From a candidate division FCPU426 bacterium (GTDB lineage Bacteria > Oederibacteriota > Muellerivitia > Muellerivitales > Muellerivitaceae), in contig CAWHOE010000006.1 in the NCBI GenBank assembly GCA_963830915.1, positions 128,001 to 192,000 on the forward strand: 64,000 nt of DNA, written 5' to 3'. The notes beneath the pieces are model-generated. The model saw only the letters and a list, made by a program, of their open reading frames with translations, was not told where the DNA came from and did no database searches. The stretch's first letter is position 1; each line of letters opens with the position of its first letter. This document shows, in pieces, positions 29,916 through 38,891 of the stretch. A program made the position numbers and the translations under genes.

Positions 29916-31451
29916 TCAATCCTTCATTCTCATATCAACGAGTTCGTAATAAGGCGCGAAAGGAGGTTTGGGGCATTTTTCATTCGATAATTTCCCCGCC
30001 ACGCAAGCCGCGACAGGGTCCTTCGGACCGGTGTAAACCGCCGTAATATTCCCGGATTTCTCGATCTTTAAAACGATCGTAAAATCCTTCGTTTGTGCGG
30101 TCTCCAGGGTACAGACCCGCATGAACCCCATCAGATCGTCACCGATCTTTGAGGAGAACTGCTTTTCATACTCGATGCCCTCGGGTGAAGCGGTGTCTTT
30201 CTTGGCCTCTCGCAGGATATCCGCCGGGATGGAATCGTTCATGGCCGCGGGCGCGTCCTGGTCTTTATCGTATTCCCCCTCGGCTGTCCTTATACCTCGT
30301 TCGATCTTCTGGAACCCGTCCAGGAGTTCGGGATCGTTGAACACGAGGGTCTTGCGGTTGAAATGCTGGCCCGGATCCCACAGCATGGGACACATCCCCA
30401 TCCGGTAGACTTTCTGGGCCACCGCCAATATGTACCGGCGGACACTCTCGGGATCCTTGGCCTTGAGGGTCGCGCCGTATTCGCCCACGATGACCGGCAC
30501 ACCCTTGTCGAGAAAATGGACTTTCAACTTCTGCATGTTCGATTCCAGTTCATCATAGTCCTCTTTTTTTCCCCAGGTCGGGCGGGCCTTGCCCCAGGAC
30601 TCGTCCTTCTCAAGGCCGGCGAAGGTATAGGGAGTGTAATAGTGGACGGAAACGACGCAGTGGTTCTGCGGGTCTTTGGGCATGAGAAAATCCGCGTCCG
30701 TCGTAAGATCGATGTCGGTGCAATATCCGGCGATCAGTAGGTGACGCTGAGCGTTCTTTCCGCCCGATTTCCGTACCAGATCAACGAAAGCCTGGTTGAT
30801 GTCGTTCAGGATCCCATAGGCCTTCTGCCTCTGAGTGGGATTCTCGCCGCCATATCGGTTCCAGACATCACCGAAACAGCCTTCCTCGTTCAAGGACTCG
30901 AAGATCAAAGAGTCGGGCTCATCCTTGAAATAATCGGCGATCTGCGACCACATCCCGGTATAGCGCTTCATGGATTTATCGTATTCCACCGGGAACTTGG
31001 ACCACCAACCGCCATCCCAGTGGATATTGATGATCGCGATCATCCCGTCGTCGAGCGCCCAATCGACGATCTGCTTGACCCGTTCCAAGAGCGCGGGGTT
31101 GATCGTGTAATTGTCCCCCATCATGTTCGACCAGGCGACGGGTATACGGATCGATTTGAACCCCGCGTCCTTGATCGCGTCGATCATCTCTTTGGTCGTG
31201 TCGGGATTACCCCAGGCGGTCTCGAAATTATGCACCGCGCCTTTATTGATCCAATCCCCGGCGCACTCCATCGTGTTGCCCAGGTTCCATCCCAGCCCCA
31301 TTTGTCGGACGACCTCCACCGAATTGATCTTTCCCAGGTCGGTGGCATTTGTCGTTGAAGGTTGGGCCATTAGGCGGATTGGGGATAGGAATATCGAAAA
31401 AAGCGCCCCAAAAACAAGCAAAGGTAATGATGGAAGGTTTTTAAATGACAA
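29916..31451 (-). CDS. Secreted glycoside hydrolase family 5 (endoglucanase-like) with an extra C-terminal domain
   Basis: GWNLGNTME, IRIPVAW, INIHWD, ESLNEE (acid/base), HYYTP and VGEYG (nucleophile). Probable TTG start at 31451, since the longer ORF runs through the tRNA. Confidence 0.88.
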   Translation of the reverse strand: MSFKNLPSLPLLVFGALFSIFLSPIRLMAQPSTTNATDLGKINSVEVVRQMGLGWNLGNTMECAGDWINKGAVHNFETAWGNPDTTKEMIDAIKDAGFKSIRIPVAWSNMMGDNYTINPALLERVKQIVDWALDDGMIAIINIHWDGGWWSKFPVEYDKSMKRYTGMWSQIADYFKDEPDSLIFESLNEEGCFGDVWNRYGGENPTQRQKAYGILNDINQAFVDLVRKSGGKNAQRHLLIAGYCTDIDLTTDADFLMPKDPQNHCVVSVHYYTPYTFAGLEKDESWGKARPTWGKKEDYDELESNMQKLKVHFLDKGVPVIVGEYGATLKAKDPESVRRYILAVAQKVYRMGMCPMLWDPGQHFNRKTLVFNDPELLDGFQKIERGIRTAEGEYDKDQDAPAAMNDSIPADILREAKKDTASPEGIEYEKQFSSKIGDDLMGFMRVCTLETAQTKDFTIVLKIEKSGNITAVYTGPKDPVAACVAGKLSNEKCPKPPFAPYYELVDMRMKD

Positions 31452-31483
31452 AGGGTATCTTCTTTGATTCTTTATAGAATAAA

Positions 31484-31558
31484 TGGCTGGGGCGGTAGGA
31501 TTCGAACCTACGAATGCCAGATCCAAAATCTGGTGACTTACCGCTTGTCGACGCCCCA
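31484..31558 (-). tRNA. tRNA-Gln (anticodon TTG), CCA encoded
   Basis: TGGGGCG acceptor strand, CCAGA-TTTTGGA-TCTGG anticodon arm, GGTTCGAATCC T-arm, 3' GCCA. Confidence 0.96.
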
Positions 31559-31681
31559 ATCAAAGGCTCTTAAGATAAAAGGCAGGGTGGTAATTTAATT
31601 CGCCCCAAGGCCTTTATCAAGCTTCAAATTAAACCTGTTGGTATCTTGATTATGCCGTAAAACCCAACGTAACCTAACTGC

Positions 31682-31876
31682 ATGAGCGAAAAGCCCCAAC
31701 CCAAGATCACTTCCCTGCCATCCCTATTCGAGATGGGCCGAAAGGCTCAAGACCCCACGCGGGACGAATCTGAGACCCTCTTTTACACCTGTCCCCAGTG
31801 CGGTCATCCAATGGAAACCAAAAAATGCAAGATCGTCTGCCATCAATGCCGTTACTTCATCGGCTGTTCAGAGTGA
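31682..31876 (+). CDS. Small zinc-ribbon protein
   Basis: CPQCG...CKIVCHQCRYFIGCSE Cys pattern; 3' end overlaps the convergent gene. Confidence 0.55.
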   Translation: MSEKPQPKITSLPSLFEMGRKAQDPTRDESETLFYTCPQCGHPMETKKCKIVCHQCRYFIGCSE

Positions 31877-32919
31877 CCCTTCTGTTTCATCGAGACCTGT
31901 TTTTCCAATAGTTTGATGGTCTTCATTTGTTCTTCCTCATATTTCCTCGCGTCCGGGAACCCATCCCGCAGGTCCGTCAGGAACTCCATCAGGGATTTTT
32001 CATAGACAATGGGGTACTTGGTGAATGTCTCCTCATGACCCGCCTCGGGAATATAGACCAACCGCCGATGGGGGGAAGGTGTATGAGCGAACAATTGTTG
32101 GACCTCTTCCGGCCGAGCCAGATCGTCCCTTTCTCCCGTGATATAGAGGACCGGCAGGTTCTTGATCTGTTTGACCACCGGCATGAGATCTAGATCATTC
32201 TCCGTCAATGCCAAGCCCGTTTTCAGGTCGTATGCCTTCAGGCAGGAACCCAGGAACCCGGGGAGCCAGGCGAACGGAGCCCCAATGGTGCGGCGGGACA
32301 CGTAGGACTTTAGATTAGGCAGAGGGCTGTCGGCGACGATGGCTTGGGCGTATTGGGTGGAGACGCCGGCTCTCAAGGCGCTGATGGCTCCCAGGGAGAA
32401 ACCGAAATAGATGAGGGGTTGGCGAACCCATCTGCGGTCGGCCAAATATTTGGCGCAAGCCGGGAAATCCCCCGCTTCCAACAACCCTCCCGAGACCGGA
32501 CTGTTCCCGCTCAAACCATTTCCCCGTTGGTCGAACACCAAGACCTGGTAACCCTTCCCGACCAGGAAGACCGCCCGGTTCAGGACCTGTTCCCGGTTAT
32601 GGAAGACGCCGTGGGTCAAAAGGATGGTCCCCAATGGTTTGGACAGCGGGGAAGGAAGCCACCAGCCAGAGAGTGTGACCCCTTCCGAACAGGGGATGAG
32701 CACATCCTCGTAATTCAGGCCGAACTTTTTGGGGGTCTCGGTCAGGGGCTGTCGATGGCCGGACGCCTTCACGATAGTTTCGGCCACGACCGGCGGGAAC
32801 AAGATGTAGATGAAAACAGTACCACCCAGGAGAGCCAGCAGGCACAGGATGCCCAGAAGCCATTTCAGCCACTGATATTTTCCCTTGTGTAGTTGGCTAT
32901 TCTTGATCTGTTTTGCCAT
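31852..32919 (-). CDS. Membrane-anchored alpha/beta hydrolase
   Basis: N-terminal TM, LTHG, FDQRGNGLS, GFSLG nucleophile elbow, GERDD and AGH triad motifs. Confidence 0.88.
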   Translation of the reverse strand: MAKQIKNSQLHKGKYQWLKWLLGILCLLALLGGTVFIYILFPPVVAETIVKASGHRQPLTETPKKFGLNYEDVLIPCSEGVTLSGWWLPSPLSKPLGTILLTHGVFHNREQVLNRAVFLVGKGYQVLVFDQRGNGLSGNSPVSGGLLEAGDFPACAKYLADRRWVRQPLIYFGFSLGAISALRAGVSTQYAQAIVADSPLPNLKSYVSRRTIGAPFAWLPGFLGSCLKAYDLKTGLALTENDLDLMPVVKQIKNLPVLYITGERDDLARPEEVQQLFAHTPSPHRRLVYIPEAGHEETFTKYPIVYEKSLMEFLTDLRDGFPDARKYEEEQMKTIKLLEKQVSMKQKGHSEQPMK

Positions 32920-32921
32920 GC

Positions 32922-33803
32922 TTATCGAACGACCTCGATCCCTTGCGGGTTGGTTTGGGTTTTGACCACCCTGTATTCATTGCTTGAAAAAACCCGGGAG
33001 ATCATTTCCCCCTGCCGGTCCGATTCCACCAAGCCAAAAACCGTGGGTCCGCTTCCGGAAACCAGCGCGCCCAGGGCACCGGCCCCCAAAATCTTATCCT
33101 TAATTTCCCGCAAACGGGGCATTAAAAAAAAGGAGGCGGGTTCCAATCCATTGTAAAGGGACGCTGTGATCTCCTGAATATCGCCCTTTGCCAGGATATT
33201 TTGGAACACCCTGGCCTTGTCGCCTGAAGTGAAAGCGGCCTTCCCCGACCGATAAACCCCGGCCGTGGAAAGGCCTTCGACCGGTTTCACCAAGATCAGG
33301 TCCAGCGTTGGCGCCGGTTTCCAGGATTCGATCTTCTCTCCCCTTCCCGTTCCCAAGGCTGTCCCGCCCTTCAGGAAAAACGGCACGTCCGATCCTAACT
33401 GGCCGGCCATCTCCATCAGCCGTTGTTCGGACAATTTTGTCTCGAAGAGCAGGTCCATCCCTTTCAAAGCCGCGGCCGCGTCGCTGGAACCGCCCCCCAG
33501 ACCCGCGGCCAGAGGAATGTCCTTGGCCAGGGTGATCTTGACGCCCCCCTGCCCTTTCAACACTCCTTGGAGGAACAAACGGGCGGCTTTGACCACCAGG
33601 TTGGAATCATCCTCGGCCAGGGGTTCGGGAGAACGGGAGACCGAAAAGAGGACGCCTTGGGGAATTTTTTCCAGGGTCAGTTCATCGAAAAGGGAAACAG
33701 CCTGGAACACCAGGGCCAGTTCATGGAAACCATCCGGTCTTTTGCCCAGGAGCTCAAGGACTGGGTTGATCTTGGCGGGGGTTCGAAGGGTGATCCGGTT
33801 CAA
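32922..33803 (-). CDS. ispE: 4-diphosphocytidyl-2-C-methyl-D-erythritol kinase
   Basis: PAKIN, KRPDGFHEL, AGLGGGSSDAA, GSDVPFF and SGSGPT motifs; TTG start overlaps the upstream stop. Confidence 0.95.
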   Translation of the reverse strand: MNRITLRTPAKINPVLELLGKRPDGFHELALVFQAVSLFDELTLEKIPQGVLFSVSRSPEPLAEDDSNLVVKAARLFLQGVLKGQGGVKITLAKDIPLAAGLGGGSSDAAAALKGMDLLFETKLSEQRLMEMAGQLGSDVPFFLKGGTALGTGRGEKIESWKPAPTLDLILVKPVEGLSTAGVYRSGKAAFTSGDKARVFQNILAKGDIQEITASLYNGLEPASFFLMPRLREIKDKILGAGALGALVSGSGPTVFGLVESDRQGEMISRVFSSNEYRVVKTQTNPQGIEVVR

Positions 33804-35515
33804 GGTTTCGCGTCGGGAGGGTTCTTGTCGATCTTGTCCTGGTAGACCTGGTTCCCCGGGTCCAGTTTCAAGGCTTTCTGCCATTGGGCCGCGGCTTGGG
33901 CCTTGTCCCCCAGTTTCAGGAAAACCTCTCCCAGATGATCAAAGATACAAGCGTCTTCTTTGACATCCTCCTTCAATTGACCGACCGCTTTTTGCAACAG
34001 ATCCTTGGCTCCCGGATAATCCTTCAATTGATAATGGACCCATCCCAGGCTGTCCAGGTAATAGGAATTGTCCGGATCCAGCTTAAGGGCCTTCTCAACC
34101 AGGGTCTTGGCCTCGTCTAGCTTAATGCCCTTGTCCGCGTAGGAATAACCGATGTAATTGTAGGCCTCGGCGTTGTCCGGATCGATCTCGATGACCTTCT
34201 TCATTTTGTCCATGGATTCGTCGAACTTGCCCCGCTTGTCCAACAGGACACCCAGGTTGAAATAGGCTTGGGTGTTCTTGTTGTCCTTCTGAATGACCTT
34301 TCGGTAATATTCCTCGGCTTTCGCCATATCCCCTTTTTCGTGGAAGAACATTGCCTGGACCAACATTAGATCCGTGTTGTCCGGGTTCGACTTCAACCCG
34401 TCGGTCAAGGCTTTCTGGGCGCCGACGTCGTCCTTCTGCTTGTCGCAGAGCATGGCCAGCCTTACCCAGGCGTCAGTGGATTTATCGTCGTTATCCAGGA
34501 TGGCCCGGAGCTGTTCCTGGGCCTGGGGGTATTGCTGGCTCGCCTCATAAGCCGCCGCCAGCCGGTAGCGTACCAGGGCGTTATGGGGCTGGTTGCTCAA
34601 AAGTTTTAGGAAAGCCTGGATGGCTTCGGGATACTCTTTCTTCCGGAAATGACAGATGCCGATGTAGTCCCAGGCCGACAGGTCGTCGGGTTTGCGCTGG
34701 ACATAACTCAGGAAATTCTCCATCGCTTGATCATCCTGCTTTTGGTTGTAGTAGAGCTCCCCCAGAGCCAGATAAGTAGGCGCGTTGTCCGGATTGACCT
34801 TCAACAGGGCCTGGTAAGTCTCGATAGCTTTGTCCGGTTTCTGATCCAGTTCATAGACCAATCCCAGGGAGGTATAGGCCGATTCCAAAGTTGGATCGAT
34901 CTGGATGGCTTTTTGAAAAGCCTCTTCCGCCTTGTTTTCCTGATTGGAACGGGTGTAGATGAGTCCCATGTTGTAATAAACCCCCGCTGTCTTGGGATGG
35001 TCGGTGAGGATCTGCTGATAGGTGTCCAAGGCCGCCTCGGTCTTGTTCTGGTTGGCCAGGACCCCGGCCAGGTAGTAGCGGGCCTCGATGTTCTTGGGGT
35101 CTTTTTTCAGGATATCCTGGTAGGCTCTTTGGGCCTTACCATACTCCGACTGGGAAGCGTAAAGGTTTGCCAGAAGTAGACGGGTCGGGATGTTGTCCGG
35201 GTTCAGGTCGATGGATTTCTGGAGCTCTTCCACACTTTTATAATCCAGACCCTCTACATAATAGTGATAGGCCAATCGGTCGTGGATGGTGGGTGATTTG
35301 GGATCATAGCGCGCCGCCTCGTTGAACTCGCTCAAGGCCCGGTTCGCGTCCTCCGCGCCACCCAGACGCTGGGCGTAAAGCCCGCAGGCGTAATGCCAGT
35401 AAGCCCGGGGATCGAATTGCAAAGACTCTTTGTCCATCTCCGCCCGGCCAGGCAGGGCCCCACCCAACCAAAATAGGAAAAGCAACAAACCAAGAATGGA
35501 TAATGATTTTTTCAT
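33800..35515 (-). CDS. Exported multi-TPR protein
   Basis: Signal peptide, many TPRs, NYIGYSYAD...YLDSLGW C-terminal motif; a common neighbour of ispE. Confidence 0.88.
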   Translation of the reverse strand: MKKSLSILGLLLFLFWLGGALPGRAEMDKESLQFDPRAYWHYACGLYAQRLGGAEDANRALSEFNEAARYDPKSPTIHDRLAYHYYVEGLDYKSVEELQKSIDLNPDNIPTRLLLANLYASQSEYGKAQRAYQDILKKDPKNIEARYYLAGVLANQNKTEAALDTYQQILTDHPKTAGVYYNMGLIYTRSNQENKAEEAFQKAIQIDPTLESAYTSLGLVYELDQKPDKAIETYQALLKVNPDNAPTYLALGELYYNQKQDDQAMENFLSYVQRKPDDLSAWDYIGICHFRKKEYPEAIQAFLKLLSNQPHNALVRYRLAAAYEASQQYPQAQEQLRAILDNDDKSTDAWVRLAMLCDKQKDDVGAQKALTDGLKSNPDNTDLMLVQAMFFHEKGDMAKAEEYYRKVIQKDNKNTQAYFNLGVLLDKRGKFDESMDKMKKVIEIDPDNAEAYNYIGYSYADKGIKLDEAKTLVEKALKLDPDNSYYLDSLGWVHYQLKDYPGAKDLLQKAVGQLKEDVKEDACIFDHLGEVFLKLGDKAQAAAQWQKALKLDPGNQVYQDKIDKNPPDAKP

Positions 35516-35530
35516 TTTAGGGATCCCGAT

Positions 35531-35983
35531 TCAGAGTGATTTGGCGTTCTCGTTGGCCTTGCGCAGGCGTTCGTTGGCTATTTTCAGGAAGACCATCAGC
35601 ACTTTCAAGGATATCTCGGGATATTTCTCCAGCATGGTATTGAAGGCTTTTTTCGTCATTACCAAAAGAATGGAATCCTCCGCCACCCTGGCCGTCGCCG
35701 ATCTTGGCTGGTTTTCGATCAAGGACATCTCACCCAGGAACGTGCCGGCGCCCAGGGTCGCCAGGACCACTTCCTGATTGTTGCCCACCTTCTTGATGAT
35801 CTGGACCGAGCCCTTTTTAACGATGTAAAGGATCTCGCCCATCATCCCCTCGACGAAAAGAGTGGAATTCTTGGTGTAGTTTTTCTCGAAGCAAAGGGTG
35901 ACCACCGATGTCAATTCAGTCGGGGTCAAACCCTTGAAAAGGGCGATATCCTTCAAAGATTCAATGTCGATGGGTCCTGCCAT
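35531..35983 (-). CDS. Stand-alone cyclic-nucleotide-binding domain protein
   Basis: LFKGL, LYIVKKGSV and GEMSLIENQPRSATA motifs; no HTH. Confidence 0.88.
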   Translation of the reverse strand: MAGPIDIESLKDIALFKGLTPTELTSVVTLCFEKNYTKNSTLFVEGMMGEILYIVKKGSVQIIKKVGNNQEVVLATLGAGTFLGEMSLIENQPRSATARVAEDSILLVMTKKAFNTMLEKYPEISLKVLMVFLKIANERLRKANENAKSL

Positions 35984-36044
35984 GTGTCCTCGCTGTTTTT
36001 TTGTCGCCGCATTATATCACCACATCCCGCGGGCCGGGGACGGC

Positions 36045-37352
36045 TCAATTTACAGCTAGGATGTCCTTCGCCGAATCGATACCCTGAGCGATGGCCGATT
36101 CCATGCTCCCGTATTCCCATCGCCCATATCGCCCCGTTGAATGAACACCCTGGCCTTTCAGGAATTCCAATAAATGGCGAACCGACCCTTCCCTGCCCTG
36201 GTCATAGACCACATAGGCCCTCGGAAGGTTCAGGTCCACCCGTGCTACCACGTCCTTTTTCGAACCGATCCATCCCAAACGGACCAATTTTTGAACGGCA
36301 TGTCCATACCATTTTTCGGGATCGGGCTTGGGACCCTGATAGGAAAACTCGACGTAGAGGGAGTAACAACCTTTGGGAGCGACCGTAGGAACACAGGCGC
36401 TGACCGAACCGGCCCGATGGAACAGGAATTCCTCCTCGGGAAAATAGACCCAGGTAAAGGGGATAGGCTGACGGCCCCGGATCCCCAGGTTGATGTTGTA
36501 GATGGATGTCGCCTTGAGGCGCTTGGCCTCGGCGTAAAGGGGCTTGGGAAGGTCCAGCGCCAAATCACAAAGCCGGTCAAGGGGCAGGCTGGAGACAAGA
36601 ACGCGATAGTCCACTTCCAATCCCGAACTCAGCCAGGCTTTCTTTTTCTTCAAGCTCAAGGCCCTTAAGCCCACCCCATTCCAAAGGTTAGGGAGTCCCT
36701 TTCCAATGGCCTCCGGCAATACCGAGATGCCGCCCTGATCAGGGTAAAGAAAGGACGAGTTATAACCGGAGGCAGAAGGTCGACGGGAGAATGCGCCTTC
36801 CAGCACTTCCAGGATCCTCGGCGTGGGAACGAACCGGCCCATCCAACGGGTGGTCAGGACCTCGGGGGCCGTTTTCCACAGTTTACGGTTATAGGGGAAC
36901 ATGAAGTTCTGGGAGATCCCCTCTCCCAAGGTCGTCTGGCACCAAGTCTTGAAGTTGGATGGTTCCCGGGAACCTAAGGTCCTGCGGCGGAGCATGGCCT
37001 CCAGGTATCCCAAGACGTTTTCACGGACGATGTCTGAGGGCAGTCCCGCGTTGTTCTCCTGATAGGGATATTCGCTGTAGGTCCGGTGGCTGTAGATGAC
37101 CGCGTGACGTTGACGGGCTTTGAAGATATTGCCCGCGAGGCGCAGGACCCAATCCTTGATCTCGGGCCGATGGAAATGGAGGAAGTGGCCTGTGTAGTCG
37201 AAGGCGAAACCGTCCTTCAGGACAGTCCGGCATAAACCCCCGATATTCCTTTCCCTCTCGACCAACAGATAGAGACTTTCACTCTCGGCTAATGTCCTGG
37301 CACAGGACAGGCCCGTCAATCCACCCCCTACGATCAGGGTCGGGACTTTCAT
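36045..37352 (-). CDS. FAD-dependent oxidoreductase (protoporphyrinogen oxidase / UDP-galactopyranose mutase-like)
   Basis: IVGGGLTGL, GGLCRT, FDYTGHFLH, PYNRKLW and GRYGRWEY motifs. Confidence 0.8.
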   Translation of the reverse strand: MKVPTLIVGGGLTGLSCARTLAESESLYLLVERERNIGGLCRTVLKDGFAFDYTGHFLHFHRPEIKDWVLRLAGNIFKARQRHAVIYSHRTYSEYPYQENNAGLPSDIVRENVLGYLEAMLRRRTLGSREPSNFKTWCQTTLGEGISQNFMFPYNRKLWKTAPEVLTTRWMGRFVPTPRILEVLEGAFSRRPSASGYNSSFLYPDQGGISVLPEAIGKGLPNLWNGVGLRALSLKKKKAWLSSGLEVDYRVLVSSLPLDRLCDLALDLPKPLYAEAKRLKATSIYNINLGIRGRQPIPFTWVYFPEEEFLFHRAGSVSACVPTVAPKGCYSLYVEFSYQGPKPDPEKWYGHAVQKLVRLGWIGSKKDVVARVDLNLPRAYVVYDQGREGSVRHLLEFLKGQGVHSTGRYGRWEYGSMESAIAQGIDSAKDILAVN

Positions 37353-38446
37353 CGCTTAATCTTCCGGCGGTGCCTCTTCAGGCCGCGGTCTTCCTGGAGA
37401 ATGACCTTGAAGGGACTCTCCCTGATCTTTTTCCTTCCCTCATCCACCTGTACGCTGGAAATGAAAACCGTGAACAACAAGGCCGAGCAAAAGAGCACCA
37501 AGATGAAAACCAACGCCCTTTTTTCGGAAAGACGCACCAAAAACCCCGCGCTCAAGGCCAGCAGGATGGAAAGAGCCCAGAGGCTGTGGACCGTCCGCTT
37601 CACGCTCAAACCAAGACTGCGAAGGCGAAGAGCCAGATGATCGTTGGAACCTCGGAACATGGACCTGCGTTTCATGGTCCGCAGCATCATGACCAGGGCC
37701 ATGTCGTACAAGGGAACCCCCAAGATGAAAAGGGGCGCGCAGAGGGCCACAACGTTCATTTGGGTATAGCCGTGTCCCATGGCGATACCCGCCAGGATGA
37801 AACCCAGGAAAAGGGCTCCCGAATCCCCCATATAGATGCGGGCGGGTTGGTAATTGTAGGGTAGGAACCCCAGGACCGCGCCGCCCAAGGCCGCGGCCGT
37901 CAGATGGACGTAGCTTTGTTCCCCCAGAAAAGGAACCAACACAAAACCCAGGCAGGCGATGACCGTGACCCCTCCGGATAGACCATCCATGATATCGATG
38001 AGGTTCACCGCGTTGGTGACCGCCACGACCCAAAGGATGGTCAAAACAAACCCCAAGACAGGATGGCCGGGAAGGAACTCCAATTGGACGCCGAAGAGGA
38101 CTAGGAGGCCCGCCGCCAGTATCTGGAAGAGGAATTTGACCGCCGGCGAGAGCGAGAACAAATCATCGGCCAGGCCCATCAGGGCCATCACCGTTCCTCC
38201 GGTCAACAAGGCCAGGACCCTGGCGGACTCGAGGGGAGGGGCCAGGATCAGCGCTCCCAGCGTTCCCATCAGGAATGAGAAATAGATGGCCAGCCCTCCC
38301 AAATAAGGAACGGGGGCTGTGTGTTTTTTCAGCTGGCCAGCGGGGTTGTCTAAAAACTGTGATTTCAGGGCGATCTTGCGGAAAAGGGGGGTCAATCCAA
38401 AGCACAATAAGAATGTGGTTATAAAGACGATCCAGTGGGTGTTCAG
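37349..38446 (-). CDS. MraY/WecA-family undecaprenyl-phosphate GlcNAc-1-phosphate transferase; start uncertain
   Basis: PYLGGLAI, GLADD, NAVNLIDIMDGL, YMGDSG and NDHL motifs. GGAGG precedes an in-frame CTG at 38446; the frame is open to 38491. Confidence 0.88.
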   Translation of the reverse strand: MNTHWIVFITTFLLCFGLTPLFRKIALKSQFLDNPAGQLKKHTAPVPYLGGLAIYFSFLMGTLGALILAPPLESARVLALLTGGTVMALMGLADDLFSLSPAVKFLFQILAAGLLVLFGVQLEFLPGHPVLGFVLTILWVVAVTNAVNLIDIMDGLSGGVTVIACLGFVLVPFLGEQSYVHLTAAALGGAVLGFLPYNYQPARIYMGDSGALFLGFILAGIAMGHGYTQMNVVALCAPLFILGVPLYDMALVMMLRTMKRRSMFRGSNDHLALRLRSLGLSVKRTVHSLWALSILLALSAGFLVRLSEKRALVFILVLFCSALLFTVFISSVQVDEGRKKIRESPFKVILQEDRGLKRHRRKIKR

Positions 38447-38643
38447 GGGTGTCCTCCAAAAACAGCTATCGCCGCCAAGGAATAATAGCACAAGGAAACT
38501 TGGAAAAACTCAACAGTCCTGACCCAGACGATTCGGTGCCTAATAGGAGGCTGTCCTCTAGATCGATAGGTAAAACTACGTTCATAACACCTGGTACCCT
38601 CAGACGGACTTTTGTTTTTTGGGAATAATTCAACAAAAAGGAC

Positions 38644-38678
38644 AAAAAAAAGCCTCGGTTTGGGTCGAACCGAGGCTT
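38644..38678 (-). terminator. Intrinsic terminator
   Basis: AAGCCTCGGTT-CGACCCA-AACCGAGGC followed by T8. Confidence 0.85.
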
Positions 38679-38736
38679 CTAGGAGGTGAGTGTTTTATGA
38701 TTTGTTTGAAAGCCAGCCGTCTCCGACCAGCTGACT
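38644..38736 (-). ncRNA. Candidate sigma54-dependent small RNA (~93 nt)
   Basis: Begins ~10-12 nt after a consensus -12 box; 5' hairpin, unpaired A/C-rich linker containing CACCUCCU, terminator hairpin plus U8; no ORF on this strand. Confidence 0.6.
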
Positions 38737-38744
38737 ATTTAATA

Positions 38745-38760
38745 AGCAAGCCCCGTGCCA
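38745..38760 (-). promoter_or_regulatory. Sigma54 (-24/-12) promoter
   Basis: TGGCACGGGGCTTGCT matches TGGCAC-N5-TTGC exactly. Confidence 0.85.
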
Positions 38761-38832
38761 AATCCAACCATTTGTTTTAATGTGAAAAAGCCTTTAAAAC
38801 TGCTGATCATAAAAATCAATCACTTTGATAAG

Positions 38833-38878
38833 TGTAAATATTGATTACATATTTATCAATGTGTATTAATTTTTTACA
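38833..38878. promoter_or_regulatory. Tandem TGT-N11-ACA palindromes (candidate activator binding sites)
   Basis: TGTAAATATTGATTACA (38833-38849) and TGTATTAATTTTTTACA (38862-38878), 73-118 bp upstream of the -24 box. Confidence 0.6.
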
Positions 38879-38891
38879 CATTACAGCGCCT

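Noticed and set aside
31452..31559. N-terminal extension of the GH5 ORF
   Set aside because: It reads through the tRNA-Gln gene; a TTG at 31451 gives a normal signal peptide.
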